This document shows positions 1-13,959 of a DNA stretch of 64,000 nt, one piece after another. Origin of the DNA: Chiloscyllium plagiosum (lineage: Eukaryota); contig NC_057711.1 in NCBI RefSeq assembly GCF_004010195.1, positions 36,861,406 to 36,925,405 of the forward strand, written 5' to 3'. A model generated the notes under the pieces. That model had not been told where the DNA came from. It saw nothing but the letters and a program-made list of their open reading frames with translations, and ran no database searches. How positions within the stretch are numbered: position 1 is the stretch's first letter; the number at the start of each line of letters is the position of its first letter. The translations under genes and the position numbers were made by a program.

Positions 1-1345
1 AAAACAACCCCGCTCCTAAAGACAGAGGTAAAATCGAATAAGGTAACCACCTCCCCCCACCAACATTAACCAAATCCCCCAGCTTATATATGCATACACA
101 TACACACACATATACATACATCCCTCATATATACATAAAATAATAACAGAAAACAACTCCAAGGCGGCGGGGGGGGGGAGAAAATCAAATCCCTCTCCCC
201 ACCCCTCATAATAATATTAAGCAATAAGGTAAGAAAAAAAAAGGGAGGGGATATAAACCAAAGCGGGTGGGGGGGAAGGCAGACCAACATCCATTATGTC
301 CTACAGTTTATCTAAGGGAGTCCAAGAATTCCTTAGCCTTTTCTGGTGATCCAAAGTTATATACAGAACCTTCATGGTTAAAGCGTAACATCGCTGGGTA
401 GCGTAAGGGGTACGTTTAAGTCCCTTAAACGCTTCTTCGCCTCGTCAAATGTCTTCCTCTTTCGAACCAGAGCCGGGGAAGAGTCCTGAAATAGCATGAT
501 CTTGGATCCTTTGTAGATCATAGCTTGGGGGTCTTTTCCGAGGTTTCTAGAGGCTTCTAGGAGTATCTGCCTCTCCTTGTAGCTCTGCAGCCGGAACAGG
601 ACCGGGCGTGGGCGCTGGTTTGAGCCAGGCCTGCGTATTGCTACTCGGTAGGCCCATTCCACCCTTACCTGGCCTGATCCAGCTTGCAGATTTAAAAGTT
701 GTGGCAGCCACTGCTCCAGGAATGCTGTAAGCTGGCCTTCCTCTTCCCGTTCGGGAAGGCCCAGCAAACGAATATTTTTTCGACGACCTCGATTATCGAG
801 GTCGTCAATATGATTTTCCAAGGTCCGGACTCGCTGCTCGAGAGTCCGGACCTGATCCACGGCCGATTGAGCGGTTGTCTCCGAGGTCGCGGCCTTTAGC
901 TCCGCCCCTCCGACTCGGCGTTGAATTTCGTCAATTTCACGGTCGTGCTTCTGCAGCGCGGCCGACAGCGACTCCCAACGGTTTCTGGATTCGACGATAA
1001 AAGCATCGATCTTCGAGTCAAGCTTGGAAAGCATTTCTGCAAGGCTTGCTACTGTTGGTAAGTCCCCCAGGGCGTCTGTGGACGCCTCTGCTGCAGCTGG
1101 AGAGTGTGGGGGAGGGGTTCCTGCTTGCTGAGAGCTGCGGGCTCCCTTCCCTTTAGTCATTTTAACTTAGGATTAAGTTGCTTAAATGTAATATTACACA
1201 ACTAATTGAGTTACTAAACTATTATAAATAATTTATAAATGATTTGGTGAGCTTGGTAGGGGGTAGGTGACCCACTGTGCCCAAGTCTTGGGAGGAGCAC
1301 TATAGACTCAGTCTTACTGGGTCGCCGCCATCTTGAATCCCCTCC
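1..1345 (-). mobile_element. 5' part of an L1-clade LINE (5'UTR, ORF1, inter-ORF spacer), running off the window start
   Basis: ORF1 with coiled coil, NRGRRKNIRLLGLPE and RPRPVLFRL motifs; 5' end GGGGATTCAAGATGGCG (YY1-like). Confidence 0.88.
308..1160 (-). pseudogene. L1 ORF1p with a frameshift near 411
   Basis: The canonical C-terminus YPLRYPAMLRFNHEGSVYNFGSPEKAKEFLDSLR* continues in another frame to TAA at 308-310. Confidence 0.8.
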
Positions 1346-1861
1346 CTTCAGGTTTAAAGGATATAATTCACTGATTTGGTCACATTGGACTTGACCCCTG
1401 TTGCATAACTGCAGACTCGGAAGCAGTCAAAAATTGGAGATTCTAACTTCAACAGGCATTGTAGAGGTTTGGTTGTAAGATGGAAAATGTAGGGCAAAAG
1501 GCGCAACCTTGATGTAACTGATGATTTTTTTTTTTACAAGTTATTAATCTCTTTTTTCTTTGCCTTAAAGCACTTTCTTTCTATTTCTGAAGCTGCTTAA
1601 TCACATTAGGCTAACGCTTTACTGCTTCCTGGGTGCTGACAGCTCCCCAAAACATTGCTTAAGTGTCTGATTGCCAGGGAATTGAGTCAATGAGTATTAT
1701 AGGTTATTGGTCCTGTGGGAAATCTAATGATTCATCTATGCCATTATGCTATTACAGTATTATACAAAAGTAGTTATAAAAAATTAATAATTTTAAAACA
1801 TTTTTCTGTTTCATAACAAAGAATGAGAAATTACCTACTGAAGAAACTCCATTCCCAACAT

Positions 1862-3127
1862 ATGGCAAATAGAATTAAGGAGAATCCAAAGGGCTTTTAC
1901 AAATATATTAAGGACAAAAGGGTAACTAGGGAGAGAAAAGCGCCCCTCAAAGATCAGCAAGGCGGCCTTTTTGTGGAGTCACAGAAAATGGGGGAGATAC
2001 TAAATGAATATTTTGCATCATTATTTACTGTGGAAAAGGATATGGAAGATATAGGCTGTAGGGAAATAGATGGTGACATCTTGCAAAATGCCCAGATTAC
2101 AGAGGAGGAAGTGCTGGATGTCTTGAAACGGTTNNNNNNNNNNNNNNNNNNNNNNNNNNNNNNNNNNNNNNNNNNNNNNNNNNNNNNNNNNNNNNNNNNN
2201 NNNNNNNNNNNNNNNNNNNNNNNNNNNNNNNNNNNNNNNNNNNNNNNNNNNNNNNNNNNNNNNNNNNNNNNNNNNNNNNNNNNNNNNNNNNNNNNNNNNN
2301 NNNNNNNNNNNNNNNNNNNNNNNNNNNNNNNNNNNNNNNNNTTTTTTGAAGAAGTAACAAAGAAGATTGATGAGGGCAGAGCAGTAGATGTGATCTACAT
2401 GGACTTCAGTAAGGCATTTGACAAGGTTTCCCATGGGAGACTGATTAGCAAGGTTAGATCTCATGGAATACATGGAGAACTAGCCATTTGGATACAGAAC
2501 TGGCTCAAAGGTAGAAGACAGAGGGTGGTGGTGGAGGGTTGTTTTTCAGACTGGAGGCCTGTGACCAGTGGAGTGCCACAAGGATCGGTGCTGGGTCCTC
2601 TACTTTTTGTCATTTACATAAATGATTTGGATGTGAGCATAAGAGGTACAGTTACTAAGTTTGCAGGTGACACCAAAATTTAAGGTGTAGTGGACAGCGA
2701 AAAGGGTTACCTCAGATTACAACAGGATCTAGACCAGATAGGCCAATAGGTTGAGAAGTGGCAGATGGAGTTTAATTCAGATAAATGCGAGGTGCTGCAT
2801 TTTGGGAAAGCAAATCTTAGCAGGACTTATACACTTAATGGTAAGGTCCTAGGGAGTGTTGCTGAACAAAGAGACCTTGGAGTGCAGGTTCAGAGCTCCT
2901 TGAAAGTGGAGTTGCAGGTAGATAGGATAGTGAAGAAGGCGTTTGGTATGCTTTCCTTTATTGGTCAGAGTATTGAGTACAAGAGTTGGGAGGTCATGTT
3001 ACGGCTGTACAGGACATTGGTTAGGCCACTGTTGGAATATTGCATGCAATTCTCGTTGCCTTCTTATTGGAAAGATGTTGTGAAACTTGAAAGGGTTCAG
3101 AAAAGATTTACAAGGACGTTGCCAGGG
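1862..3127 (+). mobile_element. CR1 LINE ORF2 (RT) fragment
   Basis: [34 protein letters not shown]; internal stops; spans an N-gap. Confidence 0.92.
2134..2341. other. Assembly gap (N run)
   Basis: N bases. Confidence 1.
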
Positions 3128-4580
3128 CCCCTTGCTGAGATATTTGTAACATCAATAATCACAGGTGAGGTGCCGGAAGACTGGAGGTTGGCTAACATGG
3201 TGACACATTTGAAGAAAGGTGGTAAGGAAAAGTCAGGGAACTACAGACCAGTGAGAGCCTGACATCACTGGTGGGCAAGTTGGAGGAAATCCTGAGGGAC
3301 AGGATTTTCATGTATATGGAAAGGCAAGGACTGATTAGCAATAGTCAGCATACATTTGTGCGTGGGAAATCATATCTCACAAACTTGATCGAGTTTTCTG
3401 AAGAAGTAATAAAGAGGATTGATGAGGGCAGAGAGGTGGATGTGATCAAATGGACTTCAATAAGGCATTTAACAAGGTTCCGCATAGGAGACTGGTTCGC
3501 AAGATTAGATCTTATGGAATACAGGAAGAATGAATCATTTGAATATAGAATTAGCTCAAAGGTAAAAGGCAGAGGGTATTGGCGAAGGGCTGCCTTTCAG
3601 ACTGGAGGCCTGTGACCAGTGGTATGCCGCAAGGATTGGTGCTGAGTCCATTATTTTTTGGCATTTATATTTATGATTTGGATGTGAACATAGTAGGTAT
3701 AGTTAGTAAGTTTGCAGATGACACCAAAATTGGAGGTGTAGTAGACAGCGAAGAAGGTTACCTCAGAGTATTTGATCAGATGGGCCAATGGGCTGAAGAG
3801 TGGCAGATAGAGTTTAATTTAGATAAATGTGAGGTGCTGCAATTTGGATAGGCAAATCAGAGCAGGACTTATACACTTAATGGTAAGGTCCTGGAGAGTG
3901 CTGCTGAACAAAGAGACCTTGGAGTGCAGGTTCATATTTCCTTGAAATGGAGTCACAGGTAGACAGGATAATGAAGGTGGTATCTGATATGCTTTCCTTT
4001 ATTGGTCAGAGCATTGAGTATAGAAGTTACGAGGTCAACCCGCAGCTGTACAGGACTTTGGATAGGCCACTTTTGGAATATTGTGTGCAATTCTGATCTC
4101 CCTCCTATCGGAAAGATGTTATGAAACTTGAAAGGGTTCAGAAAAGATTTACAAGGATGTTGCCAGGGTTGGAGGATTTGAGCTATAGTGAGAGACTGGG
4201 AATATCTTCCCTGGAGCATCGGAAGCTGAGGAGTGATCTTATAGAGATTTATAAAATCAAGAGGGTATCAAGAGGGTAAATAGACAAGGTCTTTTCCCTG
4301 GGGTGGGGGAAGTCCAGAACTAGACAGCATAGGTTTAAGCTGAGAGGGGAAAAATGTAAAAGGGACCTAAGGGGCAACTTTTTCACGCAGAGGGTATTGT
4401 GTGTATGGAATGAGCTGCCAGAGGAAGTGGAAAAGGCATCTGGATGAGTATATGAAGAGAAACAGTTTAGAGGGATATGGGCCAAATGCTGGCAAATTGG
4501 TCTAGATTAGGTTAGGATATCTGGTCGCAAACAAACTGAAGGGTCTGTTTCCATGCTGTACATCTCTATTACTCTATAAT
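3128..4580 (+). mobile_element. Second CR1 RT fragment with 3' UTR and tail
   Basis: VPEDWRLANM, KFADDTKIGG; frameshifts; ends ...CATCTCTATTACTCTATA. Confidence 0.9.
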
Positions 4581-5739
4581 TTGTTGACTCAAGTTTATAA
4601 TACTATAATGGACTGAATTTTAACAGGGCCATGGAGAAATTTTAAATATTTTAATGAGTTCATGAGATTTATGGTCATGCAGGTTTAAATCGTCTTTAAA
4701 ACAATGAGGAATCTGTCAGTTTGTTTGAGGCAAGTACTTGGTGGAATTAGCAGGTAAGTGCCTTTTTGCCTATCTTCAGAATTCAGTTGCCTGCTTGGGA
4801 TTCATCTGTGATCAGGCACTTCCACAACAAACATGACTTCCCCCTCAGGATCAGTAATCCTTCCACAAGGCCTTGAAGATTCCTCCTCTGATTGATCAAT
4901 GGGAGCAAAATGTTCAAACACTCTGTCCAATTCTAATTGACCACAAACCTCAGTCTCTCTGATCAACTACTTTCTCAACCAACTATCCCCAACCTGGTTA
5001 CATGTTAAGTAGCTAGGTGCTCACACACAGTCATTAAATCTTGGATCCACCTCATCCATGCTGACCAAATTTCCCAAACTAAATTAGTCCCACTTCACTG
5101 CATTTGGTCTATATCCCTCTAAATCTTTCCGATTCATTTACCTTCCTCAATGTCATTTAAATGTTGTAACTGTACCTACATCTACCATTTCAAGATGTCA
5201 AGATCTCATAGCAACAGAATTCAGGACAGAGATGCTGTGGACAGTGTGGAGTTACAGAAGTAGGGAGAGATAAGATTGTGAAGCAATTTAAATAGGAGTA
5301 TGAAATGTCAAACTTGAAGCACTGTAGGAGTAGAAACTAATGCAATTCAATCAAGACATTGTGATGGATGAGTGTGGCTCAGTGCAGAAAAGGAAACAAG
5401 CAGAGGTTTTGATAACAAGAATTCATATCATTCTTGAGGGCATGTAATTTTGACAAAAGTAATAAAATAAGTAATTGGTAAGTCCATATTAGAATGGCTC
5501 ATCACTTCACACTCAAGGTAATAGGTAATTTGGACAAAGTAAATAGGAACACTGACAAAGATCATTTTGCACAGATGCAAGAAATTAAACAAGATCCAAG
5601 TTTTGAAATATTGGCAGGAATGGATTCTACAGGTGTTTATGTGGCTCTTAAGTTAAACTATGATTAAGAATGTATTTAGAGATTAAAAGGAAATTACCTT
5701 GTGGAATATTATCACATTGAAGCGCATGCAAGCACATAG

Positions 5740-6372
5740 GTGCAGCAGATAATCAGGAAGGCCAATGGAATGTTGGCCCTTATTTCAAGGGGGTTGGCAG
5801 ATAAGAGTAGAGATGTCTTACTGCAACTGTACAAAGTGGTGGTAAAACTATATCTGGAGTACAGTGAGCAGTTTCAGTCCACTTATTTAAGGAAAGATAT
5901 TTCATTGGAAGCAGTTCAGAGAAGGTTCACTAGGATGATCCTCAGTACAGATGGATCATCTTGTCTGCAAAGACTGAACAGTGATTCTCCACCCATTAGA
6001 ATTTAGAAGAATGAGAGGTGATCTCATTGAAACATACAGGATTCTTCAGGGCTTGACAAGAGTAAATGCTAAGAGGATGATTTCCCTTCATGGCAGAGAG
6101 AACAGTCTCAGCATTAAGGAGCACCAATTTAAGATTATGGGGAAGAAGAATTTCTTCATTCAGACGGCTGACAGCTTTGACAGTTCCTTGTCGCAGAAAG
6201 CTGCGGGATCCTTGTATACATTTATGGCTGAGATGGATTGATTCTTGATCAGAAGGAGAATCAAAGGTTACATGGAAGGGCAGGGAAGTGTACATGAGAA
6301 ATATCAAATCAGCTATGATTATATTGAATGATGAGCAGGCTCAAGGGGCTGAAAGGCCTCTCCCTATTTCAC
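5740..6372 (+). mobile_element. Degenerate CR1 3' fragment
   Basis: KANGMLALISRG, LEAVQRRFTRMI, RRMRGDLIETYRI. Confidence 0.82.
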
Positions 6373-7049
6373 ATGGTCATTCATTGATTTTAAATTGTCA
6401 ATCATGAGGAAGCGAGTGCTGAAGAAAAGTCATGTTGAACTCAAAACTTTAACTCAGTTTCTTTCTCCACAGATGCTGTCAGATCTGCTGAGTTTCTGCA
6501 GCATTCTCTGTCTTGTTTTGGAACTATGTGCCAATTGGAAAGGGACATCACTAATAGATTTCTTTTTAAATCAACCTGTTCAGACATATTATAACACATC
6601 TCCAGAGCAGGTAGGACTTGAACCTCGTTCTTCTGGCCCAGCATAGATACTATCAATGCACAAGAATCCCTCAAAAACCCAAAACATTAAGAAGATTTAA
6701 CAAATCAAATTAAAATAACATTCCTAGGGCAGTGGTGCAATTCAGTCTCCCTGGTGGCCTTCTTCACAGCTGCTACATATTTAAGTTAAGAAATTTCTTA
6801 TCTCCGTAATCCTGCATGCAAACTCTCAAAATCACAGTACACCAAAATCCAACTGCCACAACCTAAAAACAAATTAAAGTGGAAAATGCACCTGGACTTT
6901 GTAGAACAGATGATCCTGAATGCATGTTAATTAAAATGAATGGGGATAATATTAGTCAATATTTATATAACATACTTTGTATTGTATTAGTTATTTTCAC
7001 AATCATGAGGGGAATCCCCCAAAGCCTAAACTTGCATTAATTTAACACC

Positions 7050-7320
7050 TTATCACATCTCTCAGAAACTTTACAAATTATTTCACACAATTGAACCACA
7101 TTGAAGTGAGTGGCTCCTCTTGCTGCAGCTAAACATTGCAGATATCATATCCCAAGACAACAAACTACATTTTTTGCTGTTGATTGAAATAATGTTAACC
7201 AACTGAACTCTGTCCTTCTTTGAACAGAACATGGGAATATTGACCTTAGAATATTCATGGAGCACACAAGTAGTTTAATGTCTCATCCAGAGGACATCAC
7301 CTACAACAGTTCATCATTGC
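7050..7320 (-). mobile_element. Degenerate Deu-SINE-like fragment
   Basis: gtttaatgtctcatccagaggacatcacctacaacagt resembles the recalled Deu-domain core; boundaries approximate. Confidence 0.45.
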
Positions 7321-7619
7321 CTCAATTTCGAAACTCTCATCCTCATGTTAAAAATTCTCCCGGACTACACCTTTCCCTACCTGTTACTTCCTCTAGCTCC
7401 ACAATGAACTGCATTCCTCCAACTCTAGCCTGCTTTGCATTCCTCAAATCCTTCGGCCACCCAGGTCCTATGCTGAATTTCATCTCCACCACAAAGCTCT
7501 TACTCTCATTCCTTCTTTAAGACATCTCTCAAAACAAACTCTCTCTGATCAAGCTACTACGCACTTCTTCTAATATTCCTCTCTTAAGCTCAATCACTCT
7601 TTGTCTGATTTAGGCCCAG

Positions 7620-9320
7620 TGGAATATAAGAGCAGGAGTAGGCCATTCAACCCACTTAGCCTGCCTGCCATTCCAGATCATAGCTGAACATTTCTTCAAC
7701 GTCAATTTCCCACTGTATCTCTTAATGTCATTCGTTTCCAATAATCTACTGACTTGTCTTGAACCTTAGCTTCCACAGCCCTCTGTGGTGGATAATTACG
7801 AAGATTCACGCACTTTGAATAAAGTAATTACTCTTGATCTAAGGCTTAAATAGCTGTCCCCTCTCCTCAGATTATGTCCCTTGGTTTTCTAGAGTCACAG
7901 ACTGGGAGAAACATCCCATCTATATCTGCACTGTCATGGCCACCCAAGAAATTTAACAAGTTTCAAGGAACTAAATGACAAACAGTGTAGAAGAATAGTT
8001 GAGGGGAATGATATGTATATTTGTGGATGACACAAAGACTGTCAACTTCTGGCCAGTTGTCAATTAGCCAAAGGCAATTTTAGATTACAAGAGGATATAG
8101 ATGGATTGGTCAGATATAATTTAACCCTGATAGGAGTGAGGTGATGCATTTTGGAAGAAGTAACAAGACAAAGGGAGTGGTCAATGAATGGCAAGACACT
8201 GGGAAAGCACAGAGGAATACAGGGATCTTGGGTGCTAGTCTACAGATCCTGGAAGGGAGCAGGGCAGATTAATGGGTCAGTTAAGGCAGCATACTGGACA
8301 CTTGCCTTCATCTGTCATGTAATAGTTTATGAAGACAGAGCGGTTTTGATGGAGCCACACAAAACTTTGGTTCAGTAACAGCTGGAGTACAGCATGCATT
8401 TCTGGTTACTGTACTCGAGCAAGGGTGTGATCACACTGGAGAGGATGTGGAGGATATTAACCAGGATTTGCTTGGGATGGAACATAGCTTAGCTATGTAG
8501 AGAGGCTGTATGAACTCAGGTTTTCTTTAGAACAGAGAAGGCTGGCAGGGAGTCTAATTGAGGTGTATAGGATTATGAAGGGCATGGACATCTTGGAGAA
8601 AAAGCAGCCGTTTCCCTTAGTCAACGACAAGAGCACATAATTTTGAAAGCCAGGAAGTTTAATAGACAATTTGAGGAACATATTTTCACCCAGCTGATGG
8701 TGGGAATCTGGAATATACTGCCTAGGAGGATACTTGAGGCAGAAAACCATTTAACCTTTAAAAAGTGCTTGGATGAGCACTTGAAATGTCATAACATTCA
8801 AGGCTAAAGGCCAGATGCTGGAAAGTGGGACGAGTGTAGATTTAGAATAGTTTTTGTTGGTGCAGACTTAATGGGCCACGGAGCATCTTCTGTATTGTAT
8901 GAGTCCAGATCTCAGTCTTCAAAACTCTACAGAACAGACCCAAAATACTGTTTGCCTTTCTAATTGCTTGCTGCACCTGCATGATAATTTTGAGTCATTC
9001 TTGAACAAGGACACCCAGGCCTCTTTGTGTTTCCATGCTGTATAACTCTATGACACTAATGCCAGCACTTTTCAACTTCTCATCATTTAAGAAACGTTCT
9101 GTTTTTTTTCTCTACCAAAGTAAATAACTTCACATTTAGAAGTCTCCAACCTGACGATGTCCCACTTATTCCTACTCCTTTTTTCTGTCCATTAAACATT
9201 CTCAATTCATACTAGTATATTCCCTCAATCCTGTGCGATCTAATATTATTTATTAAGTTCCTCTGTTGGACTCTATCAAAATATTTCTGAAAAGTGAAAT
9301 ACACCACATCTGCTGGTTCT
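7620..9320. mobile_element. Nested degenerate CR1 fragments (minus-strand copy interrupted by a plus-strand copy at about 8040-8900)
   Basis: CR1 3' end gagcaggagtaggccattc on minus; RT C-terminal region and 3' UTR on plus. Confidence 0.7.
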
Positions 9321-10661
9321 CCTATATCTGGATCCTTTGATCAAACATCTTCTCTTACTAATGTCCAATGTCATCTTTCGTCAAGACCAGTACTCCATTT
9401 CATTAAAATAAAACCAATTGCAAATGGTGAAAATCTGAAACAAAAACAGAAATTGCTGGGGAAACTCAGCAGGTCTGGCAGCATCTGTGGAGAGAAAGCA
9501 AAGTCAGTGTTTTGGGTTCAGTGATCCTTCATCAGTTTCTGTTTTTGAATCTAATCTCATTTTTCATTTTAGTATCTATTACTCTATCCTTAGATATTTA
9601 ATTACCAATCTCTGTCACCCTGTAGCAATGCCTGTTAAAACATTCAAAAAATATTAATTTATCAAATTTCTGCATTCAAATCATGACTTTCTTTTGTGAA
9701 TGCTTCATACTTTCAGAGAGTGCCTTTAATACAGCCTTATTCTCCATTTTGATATTATTTGATACTTGCCATTGTTTTGCATGATTTCTATTTTTGCACA
9801 CTACACTTATCTCTTATACTAGTTTTGTTTCTCTTGAATCTGAGCGTCCTTTTGGTTTCCCATCACTCTGTCTTGGTTCACTAGAGTAAAGGTGCTATGT
9901 AGAAGTTGTGTTGTCATGATTTAATTAAGATTCATCTGAAGAAAGATTCTTTTATGAATCATTACCAAATTGAATCATGAGGCATACATGAATTTTCAAT
10001 GTATGCATGATCTTTCAGTGTATATTTTACTTATGCCAATAAAAATAAGGTTAGTCACATTGTTAACTTCATTAGGTTTTTTCAACTGGAGTAACTTATA
10101 CCTTTGGAATTATATAGCTGAAAACCATATATTCTCAATTAAATAAATTTAGCAAATATCATCTCCAAGTTTTTAAAATTTAATTTCCCTATCAATTCTT
10201 CAAATTTCTTGGTCTCTAAAATAGTCATTGATAAGTGTTTGGTTTAATGAGGGATATGCATCAATTAGGCAAGATCTAAGGTGGTGATCATTCATGAGGA
10301 CATTACTGCACACATCTCCTATTCTAAAAAAATGGACAAAGAGGCTACTATAAAATATTTATATCTCATTAGTAAGGTATAAAAATCAAAGACATGATAG
10401 GTAATGCAAAAGTGAGTAGGCACAGCCGCATAAGTAAATTTAATCTCAACAGACAAATCAGTAGAGAATGGAGAGTGATGTCACTAGATGGCCTTTACTT
10501 TTAATGAAAATAATCACAGCTAGCAAATCCAAGATGGGCCATGAACTGCTCATGCACTAGGCATCACCTGGGCAATTAAGAATTGGAATAATCTGAATTT
10601 ACAGACATTTCTGATCACGCTATCAGTTGTTTGGAAAGGGTTAATAAGACTTACTTTTCAG

Positions 10662-13217
10662 TGTTTCAGGAATACAGGCAGAGGAGCCTGCAGAGTGGAG
10701 AGATAAATGAGAGGGGGGTGGGGGTGGGGAGAAAGTAGAATAGAGTACAATAGGTGAATGGGGATGGGGATGGAGGTCATAGGTCAGAGAGGAGGGTGGA
10801 GTGGATAGGTGGAAAGGTAGATAGGCAGGTAGGACAGGGCATGAGGGCGGTGCTGAGCTAGAAGGCTGGAGCTGGGGTGAGGTGGGGGGGAAGGGGAAAT
10901 GAGGAAACTGTGAAATCCATATTGATGCCATGGGGTCGAAGTGTTCCATGGTGGAAGTTGAGGCGTTCTTTCTCCAGGCGTCGGATGGTGAGGGAACGGT
11001 GAGGGGCGGTGGAGGAGGCCCAGAAACTGCATGTCCTCGGCAGAGTGGGAGGGGGAGTTGAAATGTTGGGCCACACGGCGGTGGGGTTGATTGATGCGGG
11101 TGTCCCGGAGATGTTCCCTAAAGCGCTCTGCTAGGAGGCGTCCAGTCTCCCCAATGTAGAGGAGACCTCATCGGGAGAAACGGATACAATAAATGATATT
11201 GGTGGATGTGTAGGTGAAACTTTGATGGATGTGGAAGGCTCCTTTGGGGCCTTGGATGGAGGTGACGGAGGAGGTGTGGGCGCAGGTTTTGCAATTTCTG
11301 CGGTGGCTGGGGAGGGTGCCAGGAAAGGAGAGTGGGTTGTTGGGGGGGCGTGGACCTGACCAGGTAGTCACGGAGGGAAAGGTCTTTGCGGAAAGCGGAA
11401 ATGAGTGGGGAGGGAAATATATCCCTGGTGATGGGGTCCGTTTGGAGGTGGCGGAAATGTCATCGGATGATATGGTTTTTGCGAAGGTTGGTAGGGTGGA
11501 AGGTGAGCACCAGGGGGGTTCTGTCCTTGTTATGGTTGGAGGAGTGGGGTTTGAGGGTGGAGGGGCGGGATGTGGATGAGATGCGTCGGAGGGCATCTTT
11601 AACCACGTGGGAAGGAAAATTGCAGTCTCTAAAGAAGGAGGCCATCTGGCGTGTTCTGTGGTGGGACTGGTCCTCCTGGGAGCAGATACGGAGGCGGAGG
11701 AATTGGGAATACGGGATGGCATTTTTGCAGGAGGTAGGTACAATCCAGGTAGCTGTGGGAGTCGGTGGGTTTGTAAAAATGTCAGTGTCAAGTCAAGGTG
11801 TCAGAGGTGGTCCAGGTGAATTTAAGGTCGGAGTGGAATGTGTTGGTGAAGTTGATGAATTGCTCAACCTCCTCGCGGGAGCACGAGGTGGCGCCAATGC
11901 AGTCATCAATGTAGCGGAGGAAGAGGTGGGCAGTGGTGCCGGTGTAATTACGGAAGGTGGACTGTTCTATGTAGCCAACAAAGAGACAGGCATAGCTGGG
12001 GCCCATATGAGTGCCCATGGTTACCCCTTTGGTCTGGAGGAAGTGGGAGGATTCGAAGGTAAAATTGTTAAGGGTGAGGACAAGTTCAGCCAAACGAATG
12101 AGAGTGTTGGTGGAAGGGTACTGTTGGGGACTTCGGGAGAGGAAGAAACGGAGGGCTTGGAGGCGCTGGTCATGGTGGATGGAGGTGTAGAGGGATTGGA
12201 TATCTATGGTGAAGATGAGGCGTTGGGGGCCTGGGAAATGGACGTCTTGGAGGAGGTGAAGGCCGTGGGTGGTGCTTCGAACTTTTGTGGGGAGTTCCTG
12301 GACTAGGGGGGATAGGACAGTGTCAAGGTAGGTGGAGATGAGTTCAGTGGGGCAGGAGCAGGCTAAGACAATGGGTCAGCCAGGGTGGTCAGGCTTGTGG
12401 ATCTTGGGAAGGAGGTAGAATCGGGCAGTGCGTGGTTCCCGGACTATGAGGTTGGAAGCTCTGGGTGGGAGATCTTCTGAGGTGATGAGGTTCTGTATGG
12501 TCTGGGAGATGATGGTTTGGTGATGGGGGGGGGGTGGGGTCATGGTCGAGGGGGTGGTAGGAGGAGGTGTTTTCGAGTTGGTGTCTGGCTTCAGCGGTAT
12601 AGAGGTCAGTGCACCAAACTACCACTGCACCCCCTTTATCTGCTGGCTTGATGGTGAGGTTGGGATTGGAGCAGAGGGAGTGGAGGGCTGCACGTTGTGA
12701 GAGTGAGAGGTTGGAGTGGGGGAGGGGTGTAGACAGGTTGAGACGGTTAATGTCTCTGCGGCAGTTGGAAACGAAGAGAACGAGGGCAGGTAATAGGCTA
12801 GCGCGGGGTGTTCAGGTGGATGGAGTGTGTTGGAGGCGGGCAAAGGGGTCCTCGGAAGGTGGGTGGAAGTCTTGATTGTAAATATAAGCACAGAGGCGTA
12901 GGCAGCAGAAGTGTGCAACGTCACAATGTGTATTAAATTCATTGATGTGTGGACGGAGGGGGATAAAGGTGACGCCTTTGCTGAGGACTGATCGTTCGTC
13001 CTCAGTGAGGGAGGTCTGGGGGGATGGTGAAAACTCGACAGGGCTGGGAGCTGGGACCTGGGTAGGTGTGGAGCTGGGAGTAGGGGTGGAGCCTGTAACT
13101 GGAGTGGGTGTGGTGTTAGCGGGATTGGGGGTGGAGTCATGAGCAGGGTGGTGTTCCCCTCAGGGTTCTGGGGGCAGGGATGGTGACAGTGGGACCTGCG
13201 TGGGGGGGGGCGTGTAC
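10662..13217 (-). mobile_element. Penelope-like retroelement (RT plus GIY-YIG), frameshifted and internally deleted
   Basis: NNFTF..FLQTKGVTMGTHMGPSYACLFVG..FLRYIDD; IIYCIRFSR*GLLYIGETGRLLAERFREH; MAQHFNSPSH. Confidence 0.92.
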
Positions 13218-13959
13218 TAGCTGTCATTTCTGTTGAATTTATTTGGATGACTTAGTAAATTGGTGAACGTTGTCTAGACACACTTACGCCAGGTGTATTC
13301 TCATATTTAGTTGGACTTACATTTAAAGCTAAATGAATTCTAGAATCCTAAATTCTCCTTAGAGGAAGATATGCTACTCTGAAGAACTTTCTTTATAGAG
13401 ATAATTATTTTCTTGTATTTCACAAATGGAACATCTTGTCACATATAAATCATTTTGGTTTAATCTCTATTTAATGAGCTCTGATCATTTAAACAGCTTG
13501 GTGTTAAATAAATCAACTACTTATTCCAAAGTTGATTTCTTTATCAATACATATTTTATTAAGAAATACAAATAGCAATAATCTGGGGCATTAAAGAAAT
13601 GTGAGAATAATTAAACGACTTTTACAAAGTAACATAACTCCGCAACTGAAAATTCTAACTCTACCCCTTCCTGCCACAAAGCCACACCAAACAGCTGTGA
13701 TTCAGAAATGAATTACTCTGTTGTTAGGATGACCATATCTGTGGGAAGTAGCACTGGTATCACCAAATTGAGCACGGGATTTAGAGCTTCCCTGTTGGCT
13801 GGAGGCACTGGATCACATCTGTTAGGTTGAGAGTTACAAAGGTAGGATGTTTTCAAGACATGGTCACCCCATAGCTTAAGGAAGTGCAGTCTGGGAACAA
13901 ATGGGTGACCACCAGTCAAAAAGAAGGGAGGCAAGCAAGCTTAACTGCAGGAGGCACAG

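Noticed and set aside
6419-6460. Additional hammerhead-like remnants (also near 9500, 17750, 22980, 33065)
   Set aside because: Core GAAA or CUGA boxes are mutated; too decayed to call as ribozymes
11386-12306. 306-aa plus-strand ORF
   Set aside because: Antisense frame of the Penelope element
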